NCBI GenBank assembly: GCA_951406725.2
Contig: OX597825.1
Coordinates: 64,728,001 to 64,792,000, forward strand
From: Octopus vulgaris
Taxonomy: Eukaryota
DNA: 64,000 nt
Direction of reading: 5' to 3'
Shown here: positions 1-13,550 of the stretch, one piece after another
Layout of the letters: each line of letters opens with the position of its first letter
How positions within the stretch are numbered: position 1 is the stretch's first letter
Translations under genes and position numbers: made by a program
The notes under the pieces: model-generated
The model's database searches: none
What the model saw: only the letters and a program-made list of their open reading frames with translations
Told to the model about the DNA's origin: nothing

Positions 1-300
1 ATACCAAGCGAAATGCTGAGCGGAATTTCGTCTGCCGTTACGTTCTGAGTTCAAAATCCGCCGAGGTTGACTTTGCCTTTTATATACTTTCGGGGTCAAT
101 TAAATAAGTACCATTTACACACAGGGGTCGATGTAATCGACTTAATCTCTTTGTCTGTCCTGGTTGGTACCCTCTATGTTTAGCCCCCCACCCCTGTGGG
201 CAATAAAGAAATCGATATGAACCAGTACAGCACTGGGGGTCGATGTTTTCTTCCGACTCCCATCAAAAACTACTGGCACGACGCCTATATTTGAAACTAT
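1..300 (+). mobile_element. SINE family B (tRNA-like head cut by window edge, tail type B1), followed by the tail of a B2-type copy
   Basis: Matches copies at 2426, 11706 and 33455 (gaaatgct.agcgg.atttcgtctgccgttacgttctgagttcaaa..ccgccgagg; tail ttagcccc..gtggg.aataaagaaat). 213-300 matches the B2 tail (cactgggg.tcgatg...tttgaaac). Confidence 0.85.
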
Positions 301-728
301 TGTTATTATCATAGTAATCATGTAATGCTCTTAGCGACGGACAAAATTAATTTATCTTAACGGAGTCGATTAAATAAAGCACAAGTCAAATATTGTTATC
401 GAATATATCGACAAATCCCCTCCCCTCAAAAATACTGCCATTTTGCCTAAATTACAAGCCATTATTGTATTATTGCTATTTTAGTGCCTCCTTTTACTGT
501 GTTAACACTATTTTGATTTTAGATGATACTGTTCGCGACCTCTCGTCAATAAGATTATCCCGGCTCAGAATAGAATTAACACTTTAACCACAAAGGAAAT
601 AAAAATATTACACTCTTTACATATTAATTATTGTGCATTATTCCGCGTAAAAGTCTTGTTTTTACCGACAAGTGGAAAAGAATACACACACAAAGCTTTC
701 ACGCACACCACAAAAAGATCTCTCTCGC

Positions 729-1142
<414 letters not shown>

Positions 1143-1479
1143 CTGTTTGTGTGTGCATTTGTGCCTATTTCTTTACATGTATGAATATATAACTGAAATG
1201 GTTATGCGAGATATACTGTATACGCACAAACACGACTGCGAATATATCGATATATCTAGAAAATTTGATTATTCTCATATCAGTATAGCATTTCTTAGTT
1301 ATGTAAAAATATTCACATTTATATAAGTTTGATAAGAATGTAAAACTCATCAAATATAGAATGTATCAATTTGTATATATGCATACAATCGTTCACACAC
1401 GCTCACGCATGCACATACATACGCACACACACATACTTATATACACATATATATTACATACGTATAACGTATATTTGCT

Positions 1480-1539
<60 letters not shown>

Positions 1540-1585
1540 CATATGTATGTATATGCTTTATACAGATTTATAGATGTAGTCACAA

Positions 1586-1618
<33 letters not shown>

Positions 1619-2370
1619 CACACATACACACACACACAGATATATATATTATACACACATATTATATATAGCATATACACATATTATGCATAAATATAAA
1701 AATGAGAAACGCTGTTTGTGTGTGTCAGTTCGTGAGTATTATTATGAATAGATGTACATGTGTATATTTTGTATTAAATTGTGTGTCGATAGATTTGGAG
1801 ACTGGCTGAATTGAAATAAAGTCTAAATATGATGTCTGAACTCCTAAAAATCAATAGCAATGTGCCCAATGAGAAATTAACTTAATTATGTCACTGAAAT
1901 TACCATTTTTATTTCCCATAAGATTTCATCCTCTAAAACAGTGCATCCAATTTACATCCTTCACCATGGTAACCAGATCGATGTGGACCTTGTTAGTGGC
2001 AGATTTATATAATATAGGATTTATTTTCGAAACATCTGCAAACCATGCGTGTAACGTGGGTTTTATTTATTAGGAGCATCCTCCGCAGAGGTTTCGCAGA
2101 CAGAGAGCAACGCCTCACTCTTTTTATCTATTGAATAAACACCATATATTTCGGTATGAGGATTCACGTTACCTCGTCTTGTGGATTTCAGATGAGCACG
2201 CAAAGAATGTTTTTCTATCTTCTTTTATTTTTATGATCTTCAGATTCATGTTAATGCTTTTTTGTTACTGATGTCAATATTGTTGATATTGTTCCTACAA
2301 TTACTATTGTTGATGATGATGATCAACTGTTATGCTCCGATTTAGGCAAATACAGGCATTTCAGTATTAC

Positions 2371-2425
<55 letters not shown>

Positions 2426-2426
<1 letters not shown>

Positions 2427-2812
2427 GGGAGGTGAGCTGGCAGAATCGTTAGCGCTCCGAACGAAATGCTTAGCGGTATTTCGCCCGCCGCTACGTTCTG
2501 AGTTCAAATTCTGCCTTTCATCCTTTCGGGATTGATTAAATAAGTACCAGTTATGCACTTGGGTCGATATAATCAGCTTAATACGTTTGTTTGTCCATGT
2601 TTGTCCTCTCTGTGTTTAGCCCCCCCTTGTGTGTAGTAAAGAAATAGGTATTTCGCCTGTCGCTACGTTCTGAGTTCAAAATCCGCCGAAGTCGATTTTA
2701 CCTTTCATCTTTTCCGAGTCGATAAAAACAAATACCAGTTTAGCACTGGGGTCGATGTTATCGACTTATCCTTTCCTCCGAAATGGCTTTCCTTGTGGCA
2801 AAATTTGAAACC

Positions 2813-2813
<1 letters not shown>
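2426..2813 (+). mobile_element. SINE family B dimer: head + B1 unit + B2 unit, flanked by (TTA)n
   Basis: Head ggtgagctggcagaatcgttagc. The core ggtatttcg..ctacgttctgagttcaaa occurs twice (about 2475 and 2647) with two different tails. Confidence 0.88.
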
Positions 2814-2868
<55 letters not shown>

Positions 2869-2875
2869 CATTATT

Positions 2876-3160
2876 CAGTAGTTTTATTTTTTATAGCGTG
2901 CTTTCAGTTCACTACCGAGCGCAGTATGTGCTGTGATTTGTTGTGATGCTCTGATGGTTATTGTATGGAAAGTGTTCTGCGTAGGATGTGTGCAGTGCCT
3001 AGTAGTGCAATTTTCTGTATGTTATATGTATTTGTAAGTCCTGGTGTTTTTGTTATGTATTTGTCTGAATATTTTTTATCATGCCTAATGCACCTACTAT
3101 GATAGGAATTGTTTCTGTTTTTAGATTCCACATTCTGGTTACCTCTATTTCCAGGTCTTT

Positions 3161-3163
<3 letters not shown>
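2876..3163 (-). mobile_element. 3' fragment of an RLE-type non-LTR retrotransposon (R4/Dong-like), inserted in (TAA)n
   Basis: Minus strand, with one frameshift, reads YKDLEIEVTRMWNLKTETIPIIVGALGMIK/KYSDKYITKTPGLTNTYNIQKIALLGTAHILRRTLSIQ*. This fits the C-terminus of restriction-like-endonuclease LINE ORFs. A short 3' UTR follows, and (TTA)n lies on both sides. Confidence 0.8.
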
Positions 3164-3219
<56 letters not shown>

Positions 3220-3221
3220 AA

Positions 3222-3420
3222 CGGAAATCGTTAACATATACAAAATGCTTAACGGTTCTTCTCTAGGCGTTCTGTTCAAATTCCGCCAACCTCAACTTTA
3301 CGTTTCATTCTTTCGATGTCGATAAAATAATTAATCCTCAGGTACTGGGAGTTGAAATAATAGAATCGCCCCCGCCCCCTTGCTATTGCTGGTCTTGTAC
3401 CAAAGTAAAAAAGAATTATT
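3222..3420 (+). mobile_element. Degenerate SINE family B (B2 tail)
   Basis: aaatgcttaacgg...gttcaaattccgcc...tttcattctttcgatgtcgataaaa...tgctggtcttgtaccaaa. Confidence 0.6.
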
Positions 3421-3483
3421 ATTTTCAGTGATAGAGTATTCATTAATGGCTACCCCTGACAATATACTGATATCATTTCGTAA

Positions 3484-3868
3484 GTGGAAGCGCAATGGCC
3501 CAGTGGTAAGGACAGCGGACTCGCGGTCGTAAGATCGCGGTTTCCATTCCCAGACCGGGCGTTGTGAGTGTTTATTGAGCGAAAACACCTAAAACTCCAT
3601 GAGCCTCCGGCAGGGGTTGGTGGTGATCCCTGCTGTACTCTTTCACCACAACTTTCTCTCACTCTTTCTTCCTGTTTCTGTTGTACCTGTATTTCAAAGG
3701 GCCGGCCTTGTCACTCTCTGTGTCACGCTGAATATCTCCGAGAACTACGTTAAGGGTGCACGTGTCTGTGGAGTGCTCAGCCACTTATACGTTAATTTCA
3801 CGAGCAGGCTGTTCCGTTGATCGGATCAACCGGAACCCTCGTCGTCGTGACCGACGGAGTGTTTCCCC
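3484..3868 (+). mobile_element. tRNA-derived SINE family C, full length, 12-bp TSD
   Basis: A-box TGGCCCAGTGG and B-box-like GGTTTCCATTCC. TSD atcatttcgtaa at 3472-3483 and 3869-3880. Head and body are shared with 38439-38763. Confidence 0.92.
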
Positions 3869-4313
3869 ATCATTTCGTAAAATGATCGGGTATAATTTGA
3901 AATATATTTTCTTAGTGTTTCTGTATTCGATAGTTTGAGTGATAATCGATTTGTATTATTCATATGAGCAATGGTTATTTCGATTATGTTCGTAATACCG
4001 CTTAGCAGAGCAGTAAAACTACAAATGTATAAGTTGCTATGGTTATGCACGGAGTATCTACTTCAGAGATAGACGAAGACTCGTACATTTCATTTATGGA
4101 ATAATGCAAGGTGTCTTCCACTTTGGTTTCAGCTTACGAATTTTAAGGCCAATGTTTGTAGATAAGTACTATAGCCATTGGTAAGAAATTTAATTAGTTT
4201 TGCAGTCTTTGTGCCGAAGTTAGTAAGTATTATTGTTTGCAGTCATAGTTATTGAAACAAGGTTGTAAAAGTTTTATCGCAGTTACAGTTTGTTTCAGAA
4301 AAATTCTGACTAT

Positions 4314-4730
4314 AGGCGCAGGAGTGGCTGTGTGGTAAGTAGCTTGCTTACCAACCACATGTTCCCGGGTTCGTTCCCTCTGCGTGGCACCTTGGGCTAG
4401 TGTCTTCTACTATAGCCTCGGGCCGACCAATACCTTGTGAGTAGATTTGGTGGACGAAAACTGAAAGAAGCTTGTCGTATATATGTGTATAAATGTGTGT
4501 GTGTGTGTGTGTATGTTTGTGTGCCTGTGTTTGTTCCCCCAAACATCGCTTCACAACCGATGGCGGTGTGTTTACGTCCCCGTAACCTAGCGGTGCAGCA
4601 AAAGAGGTCGATAGAATAAGTACCAAGCTTCCAAAGAATAAGTCCTAGCGTAGATTTGCTCGACTAAAGGTGGTGCTCCAGCATGGCTGCAGTCAGATGA
4701 CTGAAACAAGTAAAAGGGAGAAGAGAGAGA
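4314..4730 (+). mobile_element. tRNA-derived SINE family A, full length, with internal microsatellite
   Basis: aggcgcaggagtggctgtgtggtaag head (A-box TGGCTGTGTGG, B-box GGTTCGTTCCC) and tail gactgaaacaagtaaaag. More than 12 related copies in the window. Confidence 0.93.
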
Positions 4731-5079
4731 CTTAATTACCAAAAGTAAGTTCATCTTCACCGCTACTCTTCATGATGCTTTGAAAGATATTTAGTTGTTT
4801 TCTTTTATAAATTTCAGCTGAGCCCAGATGAGATTTATAATCAAAGGCGTTTCAGCAATGACCCTCAAATCTCTGAGTGTGTGTATATTTGTGTGTGTGT
4901 GTGTGGAAAGCCTGGAGTCGGGAAGGTCAGAGTTAAAATGAAGACTCAGTACACAGTTATTTAGAGTATATGTATTTTGATAAGAGGCTCTAATATTGAA
5001 GTCTTCCTTACAGGCTCCGACTCAGAAAATTTAAATGTGCTCGTTTATATACATTTATAATTGCATGTGAGTATGCGGC

Positions 5080-5110
<31 letters not shown>

Positions 5111-6204
5111 TGGGAGTGAGAGATGGGGGTATATATGCATGTGAGTATGTATGTGTGTATCATATATCATATTGGTGCTTTCTTATATTTGAGATTTGAC
5201 CGTTTTATCTAGCAGGTTAAGAAATCGGAAAAGCCTTTTCTCTTGACTAAGAATGTCTGAAAAAAATAAATCTGACAGTAAACGATCAGTGGAGATCAGA
5301 CGAATTTCATGCATACTAATCAGATATTTAATTAGCTATTTTCACTGTAAACATTCCATAGGATATTTGATTACAAGTACATAACATCAGTCGTATTTAC
5401 ACATTATACTATGAAACTAGAAACATGAAAGTGGCTAAAACGTCTTTGATCATTTGACCAACGTGACTCGTGGCTTAACAACAACAAAAGCCGTAGAAGT
5501 AGCAACAGAAAGGAAAAAATAAAACAATTAATATTGGTTAAAATTATTAGAGCAAAGATCCTTGAATCATTTAGTTAATTATATCGGATGTTTGTTTCTT
5601 GTAACACAGCTCTTACGTTCTTCATAGTGGAAAGGATGTGGAAAGCCTTTTAAGGAGACATTGCTCCAATTTCATCGCTAACTTTAGCAAACCCGCGGAA
5701 AATACACTGACTTCTCAATTCTTAAAATACAGTGTGTAATTACCATATGAATCAGATGTAATATAAGAAAGCATTAATTACAATAACAGATATTCGTAAT
5801 CCTGTCTATGCATATAGTATTTCTCACACAAACACTTCAGTGATATATGCGTACACGTGAAGAAAGAGGCACAAATGCACACACACACAAACGTACACAT
5901 ACACTCACGCACGCACACACAAACATACATACACAGATATTAATTCAATTGCAAATAATTTTTGAAGGAGCAATTTTTGCTACAAATAACGCATGGTACT
6001 TAAGTGGTTATTCTTCGATTATATCTATTTTGATATTAGAGACTGCGATCACAAATCGACCACAGTATATTTCTGAAAAGTCTTACTTAATCGTTTGGTG
6101 TTTTAGATCAAAGAGATAGGTTACAGACGGAAAGAAACCAACACCACTTGTCAAGGGTTGATGTGAGGCAATGATAAGGTTACGCGTAGGTGTGCACATG
6201 TAGA

Positions 6205-6235
<31 letters not shown>

Positions 6236-6591
6236 AGTATACAGGTATATCTTTCATGGCTTACTAACCCACACTCTGATGGTGTCATAGATACGTCTGT
6301 CCAACAGAATAAAACGTGCCGTGATCATTATAAAACTGGTGAAGATCGCCTCAATCTTGGTCTGAACACAGCCGATATCAAATTCTTTTACAAGAAAACA
6401 AAGATATAGAGAGACAAAGGGGTAGAAAAGAAAGAAATCAACCCTTATTCCGGACTGGCACTTTATTTGTCGATTTCGGAAGTATGGAAGGCGAAATTGA
6501 TGACATTGGCGGATTTTGAACACAGACAACAGAGAGGTTCCAGTAGGAATAACGCAAAAGGCAATATATCTGAATCTATTATGACCCTACT

Positions 6592-6772
6592 AATATATAT
6601 ATATATATATATATCTATATATATATATATATACGTGTGTGTGTATTTGTGTATGCATGCATGTATACATATATATATGTATATGTGTGTGTGTATGTTA
6701 ATGTAAATGTATATATATTCTTGTATATAAGTACATGTATATGTATATATATCTATATGCATATACAAATAC

Positions 6773-6805
<33 letters not shown>

Positions 6806-6908
6806 AGCAATAAAGGGTTTAGCAACTAGTTGCCTTACCACATACCGAATTTAGAAATAGCAGTCAAAGAGTTATAGCTATTTCTTCTACTAAAGGGAGA
6901 TCTCAGTA

Positions 6909-6966
<58 letters not shown>

Positions 6967-7029
6967 CATGTATATATATATATGTATATACATATATGTA
7001 TATATATATACATATATGTATATATATAT

Positions 7030-7084
<55 letters not shown>

Positions 7085-7085
7085 C

Positions 7086-7119
<34 letters not shown>

Positions 7120-7154
7120 GTGTATGTATATATATACATATATATTTATATATG

Positions 7155-7191
<37 letters not shown>

Positions 7192-7192
7192 G

Positions 7193-7233
<41 letters not shown>

Positions 7234-7366
7234 ATATATGCATATACATATATACATATATACATATATATATATATATACATATATACATATATGTATA
7301 TATATATATATATATGCATATATATACATATATACATATATATATATATGCATATACATATATACA

Positions 7367-7420
<54 letters not shown>

Positions 7421-7438
7421 TATACATATATACATATA
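6592..7438. repeat. (TA)n/(TACA)n microsatellite block, interrupted at about 6805-6910
   Basis: Directly visible. Confidence 0.95.
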
Positions 7439-8489
7439 TTTGCCTTTGATCGATGATACTGTCATCAACTTTGATCTCTAAATGCGACGTCTATCATTCG
7501 CTTTTTCAAACATCCTTCTTTCCTCTCTCCCTCCCTTCCCCTCTCTCTCTCTCTCTTAGATATCTCTGTACGTCTATATGTATATGTTTATATGTTAGCG
7601 TTTGGGCAGACATAGTTTTAAAAGCACTCAAACACATAGGCTCCTACTTGTATACACATACAAAGATATACATGTCTAGGCATTACGCGCGTGTGTGTGT
7701 ATGTGTGTCTGTATGTGTGTGTTCGTGATATCCAAGCCACACGTCCACACATTCACACCAGACAAGCAGATAAGTTCATGTTCACAATAGGTACACTAAT
7801 TTTACCTATAAAGAAAAAGGAGAAAAATTCCGCCTCTGTGGTTACTGAACTATAGAATATTTAGTATTGATTATAGTTCTTAGAGCTAATTATAATGATA
7901 TGCAAATATATACATATTGGACATTTATTTATGTTGCTGATGTATCTACACGTACTATATACTTAAGTTTTGCAGTCGCTTACAGAGGTTTATAGGTAAT
8001 ATCTCAGAAGTACTAAGGCTACGTTAAAATTATGTATATTCCATCATACATATGCGCGTCGACAGACACTCCTACACAGTCAAACATATACACGCTACAC
8101 GCATATGTATGTAAAAAATAATAATATTCAGACTTTTTTTTTTACTATTGTCTTGTAAATCAAAGGGAATAGTATCACATTATATTTTAACTTCAAATGC
8201 AATTTAACAAGAAAAACGATTTTTTTTTTTTCTTTTTTTATCAAAACGGAAGTAAAACTATATCATTTACATTTTCCTTTCACGGTATGATCATCATCAT
8301 CACAATCATTAATCTCATTAACTTTGTAATTATCACCCTTGTCCTCATTAAAATCATCATCGTCACAAGCATTTTTATCTTCATCATGCCGAGTATTAAT
8401 AACATTATTATCATTCTTACCAAGATTGGTGTCGCCATAGTCGCTGTTTTCACTGTCGTCATAATTATCGTCATCGCCATCATTAATAA

Positions 8490-8631
8490 TGGCTTCAAAT
8501 TTTGGTACACGGCCAACAAGTTCGTGGGATGGGGGGAGTCAGTCGATTACGTCAGCTGGTACTTATTTTGTTGACCCTGAAAAGATGAAAACCAAGATCG
8601 ATTTCGGCGGAATTTAAACTCAGAACGTAAG
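8490..8631 (-). mobile_element. SINE family B (B2 tail), 5'-truncated
   Basis: ttcaaattttggtacacggcc...agtcgattac...ctggtacttattttgttgaccc...cggcggaatttaaactcagaacgta is the reverse complement of the B core and tail. Confidence 0.75.
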
Positions 8632-8716
8632 TTCTATATTTAAGAGAAGAGGAATTATATGCATTATTTACATTATTTACAATTGACGGATATTTGTCCT
8701 CATCTTGTTTGTTGTT

Positions 8717-8762
8717 AACACAACGCTTCGGTTGATATACTCTTCGGCCTTTATCAGGTCTC
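8717..8762 (-). ncRNA. Degenerate minimal hammerhead-like motif in a putative Penelope pLTR-like repeat (about 8632-8810)
   Basis: Minus strand gac CTGATAA aggccgaagagtatatcaacc GAAG CGTT gtgtt. It has two substitutions from the CUGAUGA/GAAA consensus and is probably inactive. Confidence 0.4.
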
Positions 8763-8896
8763 TTGGGGAAATTTCAAACCTGGGTTCTCATTCCTAAGGT
8801 ATTTTTCGATGTTGTTGTTGTTGTTGTTCTCTACATGTTTCTATGGTATTCAAAATGAATCTCGGTTTGGAAAATTTTCTTGTGTTTTTTCATATA

Positions 8897-9461
8897 TTGG
8901 GTTGTCCGGAAAGTTCGTGCCGATTTTTAAAGGAAAGAAATACGTCAATAAATACTTGCCATTACATTTTTAATCAACCAAATATGAACCATTTTGTTGC
9001 ACAATGCATCTCCATCTTTCCTTTAACTTGAAAATACCCTCTTCCAAGAATTGAGGTGGTTTCATGGCAAAGAAGTCATCAAGGTATCTTTATACGTCAT
9101 CGAAGGAATTGAAATTTTTACAATTAAGACTATTCTGCAGAGACCTGAATAAGTGGAAATCCGAAGCACCAATATCTGGTGAATATGGAGGGTGGGATAA
9201 CACATCCCAGCCGAGCTGCTGCAATTTTTGTCTGGTTCCCAAAGCGTCAAGTAACGAAAATGAACTTTCTTATCTTCCATTTTAAAGGGTTATAGAATTA
9301 ACACAGGTTATAGGAACACAAACCTTTCTTCCACGAAAAGATAGCTTAAACTGCTCTAAATGGAGGTATAGTCAAATCCTATTTTATGGACTCAACCATG
9401 TTCTAAAATAAGTCCAAATGTAAGCTACTATAAATCGGCACGAACTTTCCGGACAACCCAA
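8897..9461 (-). mobile_element. Internally deleted mariner (Tc1/mariner) DNA transposon with perfect TIRs and TA TSD
   Basis: TIR TTGGGTTGTCCGGAAAGTTCGTGCCGATTT from 8897, exact reverse complement ending 9461, and TA on both sides. Minus strand gives the N-terminus MEDKKVHFRYL joined to LGWDVLSHPPYSPDIGASDFHLFRSLQN..ERWRCIVQQNGSY, the mariner YSPD motif region, with a stop. Confidence 0.95.
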
Positions 9462-9759
9462 TATATTGCCCTGACTTTATTTTGCTGACATACCAACCAC
9501 TCTCCCATTTTTCTTCATATGTCTCAACCAGCGTGATTCGTATAAAATATCTCTGTTAAACACACGTTAAATTGAATCTTACGTGTTAATGTGAATGAAG
9601 ATGATTTTTTTTATTTTAGAGGGGTTAGTCCGTATACAAAAGAAATGTTTCTGTCTTTGATAATTATATTCGGAATATGAATAACCTGGAATACTAATCT
9701 TTTATGTAGATGCTAAAAGTTCCTTTTATAACATCTGATATTCTACTATGTGTATTCAT

Positions 9760-9797
<38 letters not shown>

Positions 9798-10481
9798 ATA
9801 ATTGCCTTTAACATGTCTTCTGTAATGTTTAGCGATCCACTGCAAAGAGCGCTACCAACATGTCATTGTTACCTTCACTCCATCTAATGAACACACTGGG
9901 CTTATCAAAATACTAACTGGGAGATGCAGGTAGATTATTACACTATACAGGAAAAATAATTACAAAAGATTACAGTCGTGTCTACAGTATAACCTATTTG
10001 AAAGAAATTTATTCCGACTGAAAATTGGTTACAGGGAGTCTCTGTCTTTTAAATTTTATACAATGACCTAGAGATTTGTTTCATAGCAAGACTGTTTTCA
10101 AATTCTTCATGACTTACTTTGAAATGAAGGACGGGTATTTCAAACTGTAAAGACTTGCCTTAGACACTCTTCATGGAAACGAAATCATCAAGTCAGTATC
10201 TCAAGTCAGTATCCCGAAAGATGCGAATTTCGAGTTTTATCTCACCTACCCTTTCTTTCAGTTATATTCTCTCTTTTTCTTTAACTTTCGTATATTTCAG
10301 AATTTGGCTTCATACGAAGTGATATCCAATAAAATTGCACGTTATACGAATTACATTCCGTAACGCTTAAAGCAAAATGTCTGAACCTCTGTAACCACTA
10401 AAGAATTTATCCTGGCTATTGTAGATCATAATGTAATTATCTAAATGTCAAAAGATCATTCAATAATAACCATAAATAATA

Positions 10482-10523
<42 letters not shown>

Positions 10524-11469
10524 GTAACAACATAGGTCCAAGTAAACCAACTATATACAATGTACTTTTGTATTCTATGGATCGTGTATTGGAGATAAAG
10601 AAGACATTTTTCTTTAAGCTAGATTTAAAGTTATCCAACTAATATTCTACTTGACCCTTAATGTCCCCATTTCATATAAATAAACTGCACCGCGATCTTT
10701 ATTGTCTTCTCTTTTAGAATCCGTGAAAATTTTCTTAAATTAGCGAAAGAAATAAAGAAAATTGCCGGTTTATATATTGTTTTTATGTGTTATTTCGACC
10801 CAGTGTTAGAGAACTTAGATTGATATCATCATGTTCTATAAATAACTAGAAAAAAAAGGCATAGACAATTTAAACGATCTATAACACATTCGTACGCCGC
10901 CATAAACATGATACGGCCGTGCGTACGTGCGTGCGTGCATGCGTGTGTGTGCGCGTGTGTATGTGTTTGTTCGTGTGTGTATGTGTGTGTAAGACAATTA
11001 CGATGAAATAAATTTACAACAGTCTTACATACACATACAAATATATACTAACATTACACCACCACGCAAGTACACTCACTTATGTATGACGGTGATTATT
11101 AGGAGGAGGGGTAGGACATTTTTCACGTAGTTGTTAGTGCTCATATTTCAGAAAATATACATATAGATATATTATTGGCATGTGTCAGTCTTCAGACGCT
11201 CTAAGTGGTTTTCGCTTTTCAAAGTGAATTGTTGATACTAGTCATCGGTACGATAGTAATAACCTGGTGTAATAGTGTTATGTAATATAGTCGTGACATT
11301 CCTAGTAAGATGGTATTGTGTAATGAGGTAATATTTCAAGAACTATGTTCCTCAAACATCGAACTAAGTATCTTATGTTTCTGAAATCGATATTGTTGAA
11401 ATTGAGATCAATGATGCCAGTGAGGTAATTGTGAAGCAATAAAGAATGAAATGCTGATAAAATAATATT

Positions 11470-11670
11470 TTGCACAAGGCCAGCAATTTCGGAGGCGGGG
11501 GTAAATTGATTACATCAACCCCAGTTCTCGACTGGTATTTATTTTATCGCCCCCTAATGTATACCAAACAAAGTCGACCTCAGTGGACCCTGAACACAGA
11601 GGGTAAAGCGGGACGAAATCCCGTTGAGATTTTTGCCATGAGTAGTAAGAATTCTACCGGCTCACCACCA
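11470..11670 (-). mobile_element. Old SINE family B (B2) copy, partly tandem-duplicated at 11940-12122
   Basis: gcacaaggccagcaatttc...aaagtcgacctc...ccggctcaccacc. The segment of about 11514-11696 recurs at about 11940-12122 including the unique flank tttaagatgctagtaaaataatggta. Confidence 0.75.
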
Positions 11671-11705
11671 TTTAAGATGCTAGTAAAATAATGGTATCAA
11701 CCCCA

Positions 11706-11936
11706 GGCGGAGAGCTGGCAGAAACCTTAGCACGTCAGGCGAAATGCTTAGCGGTATTTCGTCTGCCGTTACATTCTGAGTTCAAATTCCACCGAGGTCG
11801 ACTTTACCTTTCATCCTTTCGGGGTCGATAAATTAAGTACCAGTTACGCACTGGCGTCGATATAATCGACTTAATACCTATGTCTGTCCTTGTCTGTCCC
11901 CTCTACGTTTAGCCCCTTGTGGGTAATAAAGAAATA
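11706..11936 (+). mobile_element. SINE family B (B1) full-length monomer, 13-bp TSD
   Basis: ggcggagagctggcagaaac...gggtaataaagaaata. TSD ggtatcaacccca at 11693-11705 and 11937-11949. Confidence 0.92.
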
Positions 11937-13207
11937 GGTATCAACCCCAGTTCTCAACTGGTATTTATTTCATCGGCCCATAATGTATACCAAACAAAGT
12001 CAACCTCAGTGGACTTTGAACTCAGAGCGTAAAGAGGGACGCAATGCCGCTGAGATTTTTGCCATGAGTGGTAAGGATTCTCCCGGCTCACCACCATTTA
12101 AGATGCTAGTAAAATAATGGTATGCAGTGTAAGTAGACTGAAAATATTCCAGAGAGAAATTAGGATAATTACCAATCTCCAACACAGATATTAGCTTCAC
12201 AAGCTGCTTCTCTTTATTTGTAATTAATTCCGTGACAAAATGTCGAGAAAGGGAAAATATTGTGAAAGAAAATATAAAAAAATGTAAATACCGAACAACA
12301 GCTAAAAAAAAAGTAATAAATATTTAAAACAAATCATGTTTTGACCAAAGTTCTCTATTAAATTTGTTCTATTTCTTTACATCTTTTAAAACACTTTATT
12401 CTTTGATTTTCTGTTATTATTAATATTTTATGTGAGAGTGTACATAATTATGTGTTTTAGGGAGACTGTATTTTGTCAAGTAGCCAGGACAATGTAATTA
12501 GAATTATCTACAGTAACAGCACTAACTTTGTTATATATTCCTAAACCATAAAAATTAAGAAATCGCGATTAAAAAAATATTTGTTGTTAATTTACAGTTA
12601 GGATAATTATGTATGAACAACGCAGAGTAGAGACAGTGTTAGCCATGGTATTTACCAAGGGGCTCAGCATTATAAAAAATATGAGTTACAAAAATCGTAA
12701 TTCAATGACATGTTAAAATTAGAATAATTGCAAAGGGAATTGCTGTTTATTATTTGCGTAGCTAAGTCTGCTTTTCGAAATGTATTACTATAAAGTAGGA
12801 TTTGAATAAAAGACATGAACGATTTCAACTGCTAAAATTCATCTAAAACACACAAAAATGCTCCTTGCTTTGTCTTGACTATTTTATTCCATGTAAATTG
12901 TCAGCATCGATGAAAATATTGCAGAAGTATCTTCGGTAACAGAAGTCATCACTGCACCATCTGCAAAAAAATAATGATAAAATTAGATGACAAATATACC
13001 ATCTCGTGATGAATACAGCCTTGTAATCTTAAAAATACAACTAACTACCAACGTCATTATTTCATCATGCCGTAAAAGAGGAAAGCAATTGTTTGTAATT
13101 AAATTTCTAAAGGATGATTTGAATCATAAGGTTTCTTTATCTTTAATGAAATAAATGAATATTAATGAAATAAAACTTTAAAATGACAAACAATGAGATT
13201 ATTCAGT

Positions 13208-13550
13208 AGGCACAGGAGTGACTACCTTGGGCAAGTGTCTTCTACTATAGCCTCTGGCCGACCGAAGCCTTGTGAGTAGATTTGATAGAAGGAAACTGAA
13301 AGAAGCTCGTCGTATATATGTATATATACATGTATGTGTGTATATGTTTGTGTGTGTTTGTTCCCCCAACATCGCTTGACAACTGATGTTGGGTTTGTTT
13401 ACGTCCCCGTAACTTAGCGGTTCGGCATAAGAGACCAATAGAATAGGTACTAGGCTTACAAAAAATAAATCCTGGGGTCAATTTGCTCGACTAAAGGCGA
13501 TGCTTCCGCATGGCTGCAGTCAAATCACTGAAACAAGTAAAAAAGTAAAA
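13208..13550 (+). mobile_element. SINE family A with most of the tRNA head deleted
   Basis: aggcacaggagtgact is joined directly to accttgggcaagtgtcttc. The rest matches family A. Confidence 0.88.

Noticed and set aside
2205-2247. Minus-strand CTGAAGA ... GAAA with gaat/attc flanks
   Set aside because: No credible stem II and no UH cleavage site. Expected by chance in AT-rich DNA.
3484-3560. tRNA gene-like sequences at the heads of SINE C, D, E and A
   Set aside because: They continue into SINE bodies with TSDs and lack a clean acceptor stem and poly-T terminator, so they are SINE heads and not tRNA genes.
4348-4626. Recurrent ORFs ending in PRCHAVG..P..CGW (also 39161, 44540, 63231)
   Set aside because: Antisense translations of SINE family A. 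The similarity reflects the repeat, not a protein family.
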